DNA of 64,000 nt from Squalus acanthias (taxonomy: Eukaryota). The notes under the pieces are model-generated. The model was not told the origin of the DNA. It saw only the letters and a program-made list of their open reading frames with translations, and searched no databases. The position numbers and the translations under genes were made by a program. The stretch is taken from positions 32,800,001 to 32,864,000 of the forward strand of contig CM059432.1 of the NCBI GenBank assembly GCA_030390025.1, given 5' to 3'. Positions 38,900-50,850 of the stretch are shown here, piece by piece (the first letter of the stretch is position 1; every line of letters starts with the position of its first letter).

Positions 38900-39735
38900 A
38901 TCTGTGTTCTCTCAACACTTCGGTATCATCTCCAGATCTGGCTAGATCACATCACTCTCCCCTGCCAAGACCATCAACTACCCAAGAATCAACCTGGAGA
39001 GCAAAGATAATCCCCAGCTTTTATTCTCCACTATCAACCTTAAACCCCTCTTCATCTTCACCTCTAACAAGTACGAGGAGCTCATGGACTTCTTTGTCAC
39101 CAATACAGAGGTGTCAAGCTGCCTCTGTTGTTTCATCCCTTTCCCCCTGCTTATCAAGACAAACCTCTCCCGCAGGTTTCCCCTACAATAGCCCTGAATC
39201 CCCATTTCTCTCCAATCTCCCCCATACCCTCTCCAAGCTCAGCTCGTCCACAAGACCCATCTTCTGCTCCCTTGACCCCATTCCCACTTGGCTGCTGCCC
39301 ATGCAACTTCCCTGCACGACTTTGATTTTTGCTGTTGGAGGGGTGGAAACTGATCAGAGAGATTGGAATGGAACTGGAACTGAGGAGGTGGGCATGGATC
39401 TGAAAAGTGACATATATAAGAACTTTGGAGAGGAAAGGAAGGTTTGAGATGGGGCAGGAGTTTGCAAGGACAGAGGAGTCAAGGATAATTTTTTTTAAAG
39501 AAGTTGCCCATGCAACTTCTATGCAACAGGCCCCCATACTAGCAGATATTGTAAATGGTTCCCTTTCCTCAGGTACAACATTGTATGTGACTGACTCATT
39601 GCCCTCCTTAACCTCTTTGCAGCCTTTGACATGAAACATCACCATCCTCCTCCAACGTCTTTTGTCCAACTCGGTGGGACTGCCCTCACTTGGTTCCACT
39701 CTTAATTATCCAATCATAGCCAGAGCATCTCTGTA
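38900..39735 (+). mobile_element. Rearranged old L2 fragment with an internal inverted segment
   Basis: CSLDPIPT and LADIVNGSLSSG on plus; LDSSVLANSCPISNLPFLSKVL on minus (39337-39500). Confidence 0.7.
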
Positions 39736-39764
39736 AAAGTCAGATAGCCAGGTGGTGAAGGACA

Positions 39765-42700
39765 GAATACTAGAGGTGACTAAAGTAGTGGACAGGGGAA
39801 TGTCTATGGATGCTATGTATATGGACTTCCAAAAGGCATTTGATAAAGTCCCACATAAGAGACTGTTAACTAAGGTAGAAACCCACAGAATTGAGGGCAA
39901 ATTATTGACCTGATAAGGAAATTGGCTGAGCGGCAGGAGATAGGCAGTAGGGATAATGGGTAGGTACTCAAATTATCAGGATGTGACTAGTAGTGTCCCG
40001 CAGGGATCTGTGTTGGGGTCTCAACTATTCACGGTATTTATTAACGACTTGGATGATAGCATAGAAAGTCATATATCCAAATTTGCCGATGACACAAAGA
40101 TAGGCGGCACTGTAGGCTGTGTGGATGAAAGCATAAAATTACAAAGGGATATCAACAGATTAAGTGAATGGGCAAAACTGTGGCAAATGGATTTCAATGT
40201 AGGCAAATGTGAGGTCATCCACTTTGGACTTGAAAAGGATAGAACAGGGTACTTTCTAAAATAGTGAAAAGCTAAAAACAGTGGAGGTCCAAAGAGGCTT
40301 GGGGGTCTCGGTACATAGATCATTAAAATGCCATGAACAGGTACAGAAAATAATCCAAAAGGCTAATGGAATGTTGGCCTTTATGTCTAGAGGACTAGAA
40401 TACAAGGGGGTAGAAGGTTGATAAAAAGGGAAAAAATAGAACAAGAGAAAACTAGCAAGAAATATAAAAGCAGATTGTAAGAGTTTCTACAAGTATGTAA
40501 AAAGGAAAAGAGTAGCAAAAGTAAACAGTGGATGTAGTATATTTGGATTTCCAAAAGGCATGCGATAAGGTGCCACATAAAAGGTTATTACACAAGATTA
40601 GGGCTCATGGGGTTGGGGGTAATATAGTAGCATGGATAGAGGATTGGTTAACGGACAGATAACAGAGTAGGGATAAACGGATCTTTTTCAGGTTGGCAGG
40701 CTGTAACTAGTGGGACGCCGCAAGGATCAGTATTGGGGCCTCAGCTATTTACAATCTATGTTAATGACCTAAATGAAGGGACCGAGTGTAATGTAACCAA
40801 GTTTGCTGATGATACAAAGCTAGGTGGGGCAATAAGCTGTGAGGAGAACACAAAGAGTCTACAAAGGGATATAGATAGACTAAGTGAGTGGGCAGTAAGG
40901 TGGCAAATTGAGTATAATGTAGGTAAATGTGAGGTTATTCACTTCGGTAGGCAGAATAGAAAAACAGAATATTTTTTAAATGGCGAGAAACTTTCAAATG
41001 TTGGTGTTCAGAGAGATTTGGGTGTCCTTATGCAAGAAACACAGAAAGCTAGCATGCAGGTACAGCAAGCAATAAGGAAGGCAAATGGCATGTTGGCCTT
41101 TACTCTTCTACTCCAACCCCCTTGCAATAAAGAAGTCTTGCTCCAATTGTGCAGGGCCTTGGTGAGACCACACCTGGAGTACTGTGCACAGTTTTGGTCT
41201 CCTTAGCTAAGGAAGGATATACTTGCCTTGGAGGCGGTGCAACGAAGGTTCACTAGATTGATTCCTGGGATGAGAGGGCTGTCCTATGATGAGAGATTGT
41301 GTAGAATGGGCCTATACTCTCTGGAGTTTAGAAGAATGAGAGGTGATCTCATTGAAACATATAAGATTCTGAAGGCGATTGACAGGGTAAATGCTGAGAG
41401 GTTGTTTCCGCTGGCTGGAGTGTTTAGAACTAGGGGGCATAGTCTCAGGATAAGAGGTAGGCCATTTAGGACTGAGATGAGGAGGAATTTCTTCACTCAG
41501 AGGGTTGTGAGTCTTTGGAATTCTCTGCCCCAGAGGGCTGTGCATGCTGAGTCTTTGAGTATATTCAAGGCTGAGATAGATAGATTTTTGGACTCTAGGG
41601 GAATCAAGGGACATGGAGATCGGGCGGGAAAGTGGAGTTGAGGTCGATGATCAGCCATGATCTTATTGAATGACGGAGCAGGCTCAAGTGCTGTATGGCC
41701 TACTCCTGCTCTTATTTCTTATGCTGCAGCTATACAAAACCCTGGTTAGACCACACCTGGAGTACAGTGAGCAGTTCTGGGCACCACACCTTAGGAAGGA
41801 TATATTGGCCTTGGAGGAAGTGCAGCGTAGGTTTACCAGAATGATACCCAGACTTCAAGGGTTAAGTTACGAGGAGAGATTACAAAAATTAGGGTTGTAT
41901 TCCCGAGAATTTCGAAGATTAAGAGGTGATCTGATCGAAGTTTTCAGGATATTAAGGGGAACAGATAGGGTAGATAGAGAGAAACTATTTCCGCTGGTTG
42001 GGGAGTCTAGGACTAGGGGGCATAAACTAAAAATTAGAGCCAAATCTTTCAGGAGTGAAATTAGGAGACACTTTTACAAACAAAGGGTGTTAGAAGTTTG
42101 GAACTTTCTTCCGCAAACAGCAATTGATGCTAGATCAATTATTAATTTTAAATCTGAGATTGATAGCTTTTTGTTAAACAAAGGTATTAAGGGATATGGG
42201 CCAAAGGCGGGTACATGGAGTTAGGGTAAGGAAACGGTAGTGTAGTGGTAATGTCAGTGGGCTAATAATCCAGAGCACTGGACTAATGATCCAGAGATGT
42301 GAATTCAAATCCCACCACAGCAGCAGGAGAATTTAAATTCAGTTAATTAAATAAATCTGGAGGGTTTAAACTAGCACCAGCATAGAAGTAACCCTTACCT
42401 GGTCTAGCCTATATGTGACACCAGACCCACAGCAATGAAATGTCCTGTCCCACTAGTATACAGTCAGGAAGGATTGGCCCTGGGAGTCCTCAACATTGAC
42501 TCATGGCATCAAGTCAAGGGCCGAATTCCAGAGGTGAGGTGAGAGTGACTGCCTTTGACATCAAGGCAGCATTTGACTGAGTGTGGCATCAAGGAGCCCT
42601 AGTAAAACTGTCTACTGGCTGGAGTTATACCTAGCACAAAGGGTGGTGGTTGAAGGTCAATCAACACACACAGCCTCAGGGCCGTGTCCTCGGCCCAACT

Positions 42701-43535
42701 ATCTTCAGCTGCTTCATCAATGACCTTCCCTCCAACAGAAGGTCAGTGTTCAGCGCCATTCACAACTCCTCAGATAATGAAGCAGTCCATGCCTGCATGC
42801 AACAAGACCTGGACAATGCCCAGGCTTGGGTTGATAAGTGGCAGGTAACATTCTTGCCAGGCAATGACTATCTCCAGCAAGCAAGAGTCTAACCATAGCC
42901 CCTTGACATTCAACGGCATTACCATCGCTGAATTCCCCCACCCCACCATCAACATCTTAGGGGTCACCATTGGCCAGAAACTTAACTGGACCAGCCACAT
43001 AAATACTGTGGCAACAAGAGCTAGGTATTCTGCAACGAGTGTCTCACCGCCTGACTCCCCAAAGCCTTTTCACCATCTACAAGGCACAAGTAAGGAGTGT
43101 GATGGAGCAGCTCAAACAACACTCAAGAAGCTCGACACCATCCAGGACAAAGCAGCCCGCTTGATTGGCACCGTGGCTGCCGTGTGTACCATCTACAAGA
43201 TGCACTGCAGCAACTCGCCAAGGCTTCTTCGGCAGCACCTCCCAAACCCACGACCTCTTCCACCTAGAAGGACAAGGGCAGCAGGCGCATGGGAACACCA
43301 CCACCCTGACTTGGAAGTATATCGTCACTGGGTCAAAATCCTGGAACTCCCTACCTAACAGCACTGTGGGAGTACCTTGACTGCAGCGGTTCAAGGCGGC
43401 GGCTCACCACCACCTTCTCATGGGCAATAAATGCTGGCCTTGCCAGCGACTCTCAAACAAATTTTAAAAAGGTCGCAGATCAGCCATGATTTCATTAAAT
43501 AGGTTCGAGGGGCAGAATGGCCTACTCCTGTTGCT
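39765..43535 (+). mobile_element. CR1 copy A (RT-3' end) interrupted by CR1 copy B (40417-41722) and by a tRNA-headed LINE (42226-43470)
   Basis: gggtagaag (to 40416) joins ttatgctgcagctatac (~41719), and ggagttag (to 42224) joins gtcgcagatcagccatg (43472) into continuous CR1 sequence. Confidence 0.85.
42226..43470 (+). mobile_element. Internally deleted CR1-group LINE with a tRNA-like (Pol III) 5' head and poly-A tail
   Basis: A box-like TAGTGTAGTGGT (42238-42249) and B box-like GAATTCAAATCCC (42301-42313). Then EN/RT remnants (DIKAAFD*VWH, PQGRVLGPTIFSCFINDLP, WVDKWQVTF) and a GGGCAATAAATGCTGGCC...aaaa tail. Confidence 0.75.
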
Positions 43536-44013
43536 AGAGCCTAGTCTTCAGTAGCTTACAAGCCTTTATATACAGAGACATACCTTGCAACCCCAAGATA
43601 AGCTTCCTCACTTCCCGAGCCTGCTCCTATGAACACAAGAGAGTCCCCAATTAATACCAAACTCCAGACTCAACTATTCCAATTCTCTCCTAGTGGCTTC
43701 CTTTGTAAACCAGTTGAACCAGAACTCTGCTGCCTAGCATCTGTATTCCGTAATCCAGGAAAGTGATGGACCATAAAATGTCAAAAACCACAGGGCAGTT
43801 GCTGTTTCTCTTCCACCTAATACCAGTCACCCTCCATGCTGGCCTTTCTTCTGCATTTCTATTTGATCTACCCATTCAACCCTCAACATTGTGTTCACTT
43901 TAACTGAATACCTTAGTCCAAGATTTTTTTTGCTAGCAAGCAATACTACATGCAATAAAGAGAGAGATTCATTGAATGTTGCAACACAACAAATCATTTG
44001 CCCAGTCCGTGAG

Positions 44014-45150
44014 AACAACAACAACTTGTATTTATATAGTGCCTTTAACGTAGTAAAACGTCCCAAGGCGCTTCACAGGAGCGTTATCAAACAGAATTTG
44101 ACACCGAGATATTTGGGCAGATGACCAAAAGCTTGGTCAAAGAGGTAGGTTTTAAGGAGCGTCTTAAAGGAGGAAAGAGAGGTAAAGAGGCAGAGAGATT
44201 TAGAGAGGGAATTCCAGAGCTTAGGGCCTTGGCATCTGAAGGCACAGAATGGTAGAGCGATTAAAATCAGGGATGCTTAAGAAGCATGAATTGGAGGAGC
44301 GCAGATGTCTCTGAGGGTTGTACTCAAGTGCAGTGCTGAGGGAGTGCTGCACTGTCGGAGGTGCCGTCTTTCAGATGAGACGTTAAACCGAGGCCCCGTC
44401 TCCTCTCTCAGGTCGACGTAAAAAATCCCATGGCACTATTTCGAAGAAGAGCAGGGGAGTTATCCCCAGTGTCCGAGCCAATATTTATCCCTCAACCCAC
44501 ATAACAAAAACAGATTATTTGGTCATTTTCACATTGCTGTTTGTGGGAGCTTGCTGTGCGCAAATTGGCTGCCGCATATCCCACATTACAACAGTGACTA
44601 CACTGCAAATGTACTTCATTGGTTGTAAAGCGCTTTGAGACGTCCAGTGGTCGTGAAAGGCGCTATATAAATGCAAGTCTTTCTTTTTTTGTAGGGCTGG
44701 AGGAAGTTAAAGAGATAGGGAGGGGTGAGGCCATGGAGGGATGTGAAAATAAGGGTGAAAATTTTAAAATCGAGGCATTGCTTAACCGGGAGCCAATGTA
44801 GGTCAGCGAGTACAGGGGTGATGGGTGAACGGGACATGGTGCGAGTTAGGACACGGGCAGCAGTTTTTGATGACCTCAAGTTTACGGAGGGTGGAAGATG
44901 GGAGGCCAGCAGGAGTGCGTTGGAACAGTCAAGTCTAGAGGTAACAAATGCATGGATGAGGGTTTCAGCAGCAGAAGAGCTGAGGCAGGGGCGGAGTCGG
45001 GCAATGTTACGGAGATGGAAACAGGCAGTCTTAGTGATAGTGCGTTGCGAACAATCTGGTTCAGCCTCAGACAGTTGCTAGGGAGAGGCATGAAGTTCCA
45101 AGTAAGATGGGCACGACTTTGGGAATTCAAGGACTTTGGAGAGGAAAGGG
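44014..45150 (-). mobile_element. L2 3' part split by a SacSINE1-type SINE
   Basis: TPVLADLHWLPVKQCLDFKI. L2 sequence is continuous across 44322-44690, with TTGTA on both sides of the insert. Confidence 0.85.
44322..44690 (+). mobile_element. Deu-domain SINE (SacSINE1-type), 5' truncated
   Basis: gtgcagtgctgagggagtgctgcactgtcggaggtgccgtctttc...aaggcgctatataaatgcaagtctttc. Confidence 0.9.
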
Positions 45151-45929
45151 ATCAACTGAGCTGCAGATGTGCTTTTCCATAAATGTCAAGGGTGGCAGGA
45201 GATTGTTGAACGGTTTTAGTGCAAATATTAGCGACGCATTAGGAAATGGGTGTTATTTGTGGCGGGTATTTTGCATGGTTCACAAGATGATATTTTACAG
45301 CCATTGTGTGGCACAGTTTCACTGACCACACCAAATGCTGATGCAAGCTCTCTACCAGCCTTTCTATGATTCGGAGAGGCATTTAAAATGCAGATTAACA
45401 ATTGTTTTGCATAGATCCCAAATAATGGCCAATTCGTTAGTAATGTTTGGCCATTCAAGAAGACATTGGTGTTGACAGACTCTTGATACTCTACTAGTCT
45501 TTGAAGAAAGGCTTTTAAAAATCAGGCCACAGACACCAGAAAGGCTGCAAAGGGAAGAGTATCTCTGCTCTAGGCTCCAGGTCAGAGTGCAGGGAGAGAT
45601 TGTTCTTTCAAGTTGAATAAGACAACCCGCCAAAGTGAGCTAATGTTTGCATGTTCTTTAGTTTTGTAACAGTACATGAAGAGACATTGTACCGATTGTA
45701 TCAAGCAATTCTCTTCATTGATCTGTGTTTTATCTACTGTCAAAATAAAACAGTTTACAAATCAAACCTAACCTCGCCTCATCCAGTGTTCAGTCGGTCC
45801 GACTTTGGAGAGGTTGAAGGACTACATGTGTGTAAAACATGGTATCTAGTCTAGAACACTTAAGGAGGTTCACTGTTACACTTCTGGGTCCTGCTACCGT
45901 GCTAGTAGACATAGGGCAGTGGAAGTCAA

Positions 45930-46505
45930 CGTAAGGAAGGATATACTTGCCTTAGAAGGGGTGCAACAAAGGTTCACTAGATTGATTCTTGGGATGAGAA
46001 AGCTGTTCTGTGAGGAGAGATCGAGTAGAATGGGCCTATATTCTCAAGAGTTTAGAAGAATGAGAGGTGATCTCATTGAAATGTATAAAATTATTAGAGG
46101 GCTTGACAGGGTAGATGCTGAGAGGATGTTTCCCCTGGCTGGAGAGTCTAGAACGAGGGATCATAGTCTCAGGATAAGTGGTCGGCCATTTAGGACTAAG
46201 ATGAGGAGAAATTTCTTCACTCAGAGGGTGGTGAATCTTTGGAATTCTCGACCCCAGAAGGCTGTGGATGCTCAGTCGTTGAGTACATTCAAGACTGAGA
46301 TCGACAGCTTTTTGGGCACTAAGGGAATCAAGGGATATGTGGATAGAGCGGGAAAATGGAGTTGATACATAGATACATAGAAGATAGGAGCAGGAGTAGG
46401 CCATCCGGCCCTTCGAGCCTGCTCCGCCATTCAATGTAAAGGTTCAGCCTTGATCTTATTGAATGGCGGAGCAGGCTTGAGTGGCCGTATTTCTTATGTT
46501 CTTAT
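45930..46505 (+). mobile_element. CR1 3' part with an inverted CR1 tail nested in its 3' UTR
   Basis: [18 protein letters not shown]...VNLWNS. Tail cttatgttcttatg. Reverse-oriented tail at 46365-46435. Confidence 0.88.
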
Positions 46506-46774
46506 GAGAGGTTGGAGATGGGGCAGTAGACTGCAAGGACCGAGGGGGTCAAGGATTTTTTTTTTGAGAGGGGTGATGATGACAGCAGATTTGAAGGGGA
46601 GGGGGAACAGTATCTGAGGAGAGAGAACCATTAAACAATATCAGCTAACATGGAGTCCAGGAAGGGAAGCTGGGTGGTTAGCAGTTTAGTGGGAATAGGG
46701 TCGAGGGAGCAGGAAGTGGGTCTCATGGACAAGACAATAGAATCTCTTCCTAAATAACAATATTGTGATCAGGG

Positions 46775-47150
46775 ACCTGAGCACATAAAGCTAGGTTGAC
46801 ACTCCAGTGCAGTGCTGAGGGTGCGCTGCACTGTCAGAGGTGCTGTCTTTCGGATGAGACGGATGAGGCCCTGTCTGCTCTCTCAGGTAGACGTAAAAGA
46901 TTTCGAAGAAGAGCAGGGGAGTTATCCCCGGTGTCCTGGCCAATATTTATCCCTCAACAAACATAACAAAAACAGATTATCTGGTCATTAGCACATTGCT
47001 GTTTGTGGGAGCTTGCTGTGCGCAAATTGGCTGCCGCGTTTCCCACATTACAACAGTGACTCCACTTCAAAAGTACTTCATTGGCTGTAAAGCGCTTTGA
47101 GACGTCCGGTGGTCGTGAAAGGCGCTATATAAATGCAAGTCTATCTTTTG
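46775..47150 (+). mobile_element. Deu-domain SINE (SacSINE1-type)
   Basis: Same core and tail as 44322-44690, followed by a short (TA)n run. Confidence 0.9.
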
Positions 47151-48656
47151 ACTATATATATATATATATATAAAAATGTTATGATAAATGTGGTCCTGGT
47201 GATGGCTGGGAGTACAGAAAGAGGTGGAGAATGTATTAATCCTATCATAAAATAACCATAGCCTAAAGCATCAATAACCATTGATATGCATATAGATATA
47301 GACAGTGGACAAATCAGTTTGGACAGATCTGATCGATTCTAATTGACAAGTAGCAGCAGTTTGTTTTTGAGGGACTTTAAGACAGCACCCCTCATAGAAC
47401 ATAAAAGGAAAAGTCCCAATTAAGTTGGAAACAAATGCATTTTTAATTGCTTTTTAGGGGAAAAAAAGTTTATACTTTTTTTTTAAAACATTAAAAAAAA
47501 ATCACAATCACAGAGTTTGACAGCTCGGTTTACATTAATTGTAAACAGACTAGCGCTATCATATGAAAAGGCTAAAGTGCAGTATTATAAAACAAGTAAT
47601 AACACTTGGCACACCGCCTGCTTCCCGAATATATAAAAATTGCTGATACATTCTTACAATGTAAATAATGCAGGGACCTGATCATTGGTATCAACCTCAG
47701 AAAAATAGAACGGAATGTAAATAACACGACCGTCGATTTTAGATCACAATGGGGCGCAAAAAAAACATTCACGCAGAGGAATTAAAAATCAGAACAATGT
47801 TTTATTTAATTTTTTTAAATGAGGAAGAAATACCCAACACTCAATAAAAGAGAAATATGAATTGCACGGAAAAACAATTACTAATACAGGGTGTGGGGAG
47901 GGAAGAAAGTTAAAGATCGAAAACGATGATAAAAACGTAGACTTATCACAAACCTATTTAGAAAGATATTTAATTTTTCAGATACATAATAGTTTTTTTA
48001 AAACTACAGTAAACAAATCACGGCAAAAAAAAGCTTGTTTGACAGTTGTTGGTAAAGAGAGCATTTAAAAAAAAACCTAGAAATAACATTTATAATCTTC
48101 AATTCAAAATGCGTGAATTTCACAGCAAAGATCTGACGGATACAGGTCCTGGTTTTAAATTAAAAAAATATGTAAGACAAGAGTAAATAAATGAAACGTT
48201 TTTAAAATCCGCAATGTTTTAAGCCCCGTGGTAAATGAATTAAAAAAAATTGACAGATACTGGTTTTAAAAAAAATTATAAATAAATAAAACAATTTAAA
48301 AAAGAAAAAGTAATTGCTGATTCTCAATTGCAATAAAATAGATTTTCTGACAGGTGTCGGCGCAGAATGAAATCGGTGTTTTTTTTAATAATGAGAAAGC
48401 AAAAATAGCATTTTTTGGGGGAAAAAAAGTAGTAATAATAAAGTATAATGTGCAGCAGCGAGGTGCGAGCGCCCCTCCAGTGCAGGCTCCATACAGCACG
48501 GGGCTTGGGCCTAGCTGGGCTGCTCTCACTCACACACAGACTGAGACAGAAAGCTAAATTACTAAATATTTAAATCCCACCCCCTAATTTTATGCAGAGC
48601 AAATGAACTAAAGCAGCGACATTAACCAGCTGTTTATATTGAGGTGAGTCCCTTAC

Positions 48657-48900
48657 CTGGCAGCGTTTTTATCCCCCACACCTTGATCGATTCTCTAACT
48701 GGAGTAAAGTCCCTGAGTTTCAGCGGAGCCGCCGCTCGAGCGCGTCTCCCAGTAACACGCGGGCCCCCGCCGCTCGCTCCCGCACACCAAGCAGCCCCGC
48801 CCACCTTCGCTGCTGCGCGTGCGCCACTATTCCGCCTGCCCTGACTGGAACGCGGGCGCTGAGACGCTGCAGAAAGTGTCACACACTTCCTGCTCGCTCG
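48657..48900 (-). promoter_or_regulatory. CpG-rich promoter and probable non-coding first exon of a minus-strand gene (candidate SCAP by synteny)
   Basis: Only TE-unrelated CpG-dense island in the window. GC box GCCCCGCCC (~48794-48802), ETS-like CACTTCCTG (~48884-48892), and a strong minus-strand donor CAG|GTAAGG with the exon ending at 48657. In human, SCAP lies directly downstream of ELP6 on the same strand and has a non-coding exon 1. Identity is inference only. Confidence 0.6.
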
Positions 48901-49046
48901 CTTTTCCCATAGTGTTCAGTTGTGTCTGTTATAAAGGATTAAGGGGGGAAACAAAATTGGCATAGATCATCCAAACTGAAAATAAAGCAACGTGCACTGA
49001 TACACTGCACCTCGAACAGAGATTAAAAACATCCCAAGGTGCTTCA

Positions 49047-49317
49047 TTATCCAGCAGGTGGTTTGACACGTTGGACCCCCTGGGACACATCTCATTGTCT
49101 TGGCTGTGCTCTTTGATGTAGGGAAAGATTTGAATATATTTTGTCTGTGTTTAAATTGTGAATTCTGGGAGATTCTCTCACTGCTAACTTACCTGACGAA
49201 GGAGCGAACTGTTCCGAAAGCTTGTAAAATTAAATAAATCTGTTGGACAATAACCTGGTGTTGTGCGACTTCTCATTTTTGTCCACCCCAGTCCAACGCC
49301 GGCATCTCCACATCATG
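49047..49317 (+). mobile_element. Penelope-like element terminal repeat fragment
   Basis: Hammerhead motif followed by aataaatctgttggacaataacctggtgttgtg...ccccagtccaacgccggcatctccacatcatg, typical of shark Penelope ends. Confidence 0.75.
49189..49227 (+). ncRNA. Minimal type I hammerhead ribozyme motif (Penelope type)
   Basis: Stem I TTAC/GTAA; core CTGACGA+A; stem II GGAGC-gaact-GTTCC; GAAA; palindromic AAGCTT stem III region. Confidence 0.75.
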
Positions 49318-49324
49318 ACTTCAT

Positions 49325-49620
49325 TATCCAAACTGACACTCCCGAGTGAAGTACCGTGGGTGCGCTGCACTGTCAGAGGTGCCATCTTTCTCATGAAACA
49401 TAAAAGATCCATGGCACTATTTCGAAGAGCAGGGCAATTCTCCCTGGTATCCTGGCAAAAATTTATCCCTCAACCAACATCACTAAAACAGACAATCTGG
49501 TCATTACGACATTGCTGTTTGTGGGACTTCGCTGTGTACAAATTGCCTGCTGCATTTCCTACACTACAACAGTGGCTACACTTCAAAAGTACTTCTTTGG
49601 CTGTGAAACGCATTGGGACA
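49325..49620 (+). mobile_element. Deu-domain SINE (SacSINE1-type), diverged
   Basis: gtgcgctgcactgtcagaggtgccatctttc...atttatccctcaaccaacatcactaaaacag. Confidence 0.8.
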
Positions 49621-50439
49621 TTCATCAGAGATTAGGAGGGTGACCCAAAATCTTGGCGAATGAGCGGGGTTATAAAGGAGGTGGAGAAGCAGAGAGTTTG
49701 AGAGGGAATTCCAGAGAGCTGCCAATGTTGGGATGAAGAGAGAACGTCCAAATCAGTGGGACTGCCCTCACTTGGCTCCACTCTTAATAATCTAATCGTA
49801 GCCAGAGCATCTTCACCAATGGCCTCTCTTTAACCCTCTCAACATCACTTCTGGAGTCCCCCAACGATCCTTCCTTGGTACAATCCCTTTCCTCATCAAC
49901 ACAGTGCTTCTTGACGACATAATCCACAGATATAGGATTTGCTTCTACATCTATGTTGATGGCTACCCAGCTCTAACTCTTCCTCGACCCTTCCACTGTC
50001 TCTGTGCTCGTCAGACATCCTCCTCCAGACAACTGCTTCAGCTCGAAGCAGACTATTTTCAACCTTCATGATCCTCATTTAGCTACCCTTTCCAGAAGGG
50101 AAAAAGATCATCCAGCAACTCCTACTGGAAGTGCACATTTGGGGACTGTTAGGTGCGGACCAGATCAGGGTGGGTTTGCTGCGATATTCCCTCTCATGAA
50201 CAGTCTGCTGTTGCACACTGTCAAGGCTCACAAACAAATAATGGCGCCTTGGATGAGCTCACTAAGGATCAGTGCATTCACGGAGCGGAAAATAAATAGC
50301 CTGAAAATAAAACTTCAGTGCTGCTGCCTTTACTGGAAAGTGTGAAGGGTCCTGAGGCAAAGTCAACATTCAAAAAAGTAATTCGAACTTCGGCCAAATT
50401 TCTGAGATGTTAAAACTCAGTGAGAGGGCAACATTACCT

Positions 50440-50850
50440 ACAATAAATCGGTTAAGACTTGTGGCCATTCAGAGCCAAAAGGTCCAGGTTCGATTCGCGG
50501 TCTGTACCAAGTGATTTATCAACCAGAGCAGTGGGCATTACATGTGGCACACAAATTTGAATCCAGTAAAGATTAATAGCGTGGCAGTCTCTTCCAGATT
50601 TCATACAGCTCAGGGCAACATGGTGCTGGTGACATAGACCAGGAAAGTCCCAGTTTGGCTCCTGATCTGTGCTCAGTTAATTGTGCTGACAGTCATGTGC
50701 ACTGCAATTTACCTCTTCTAAGGATTGGGGGGGCGGTATTAAGAAATCAGGAAGAGCTTCCCCACTTGATTACGCAGTAACTCCATTGGCTGCTGGGCAC
50801 GTGGATTCGGCTTAGTCATGATGCATCCATGTTGACCAGTCTGCCCTAAT
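50440..50850 (+). mobile_element. Ancient tRNA-derived SINE fragments (AmnSINE2-like)
   Basis: B box-like caggttcgattc and catagaccaggaaagtcccag...ctgtgctcagtta. Confidence 0.5.

Noticed and set aside
47153..47172. (TA)n microsatellite, and the CA-rich run near 38783-38813
   Set aside because: Ordinary short simple repeats.
48634..48882. 82-aa Ala/Arg/Gly-rich ORF over the promoter
   Set aside because: Starts at a non-ATG codon, its composition reflects high GC, and it runs through the splice donor.
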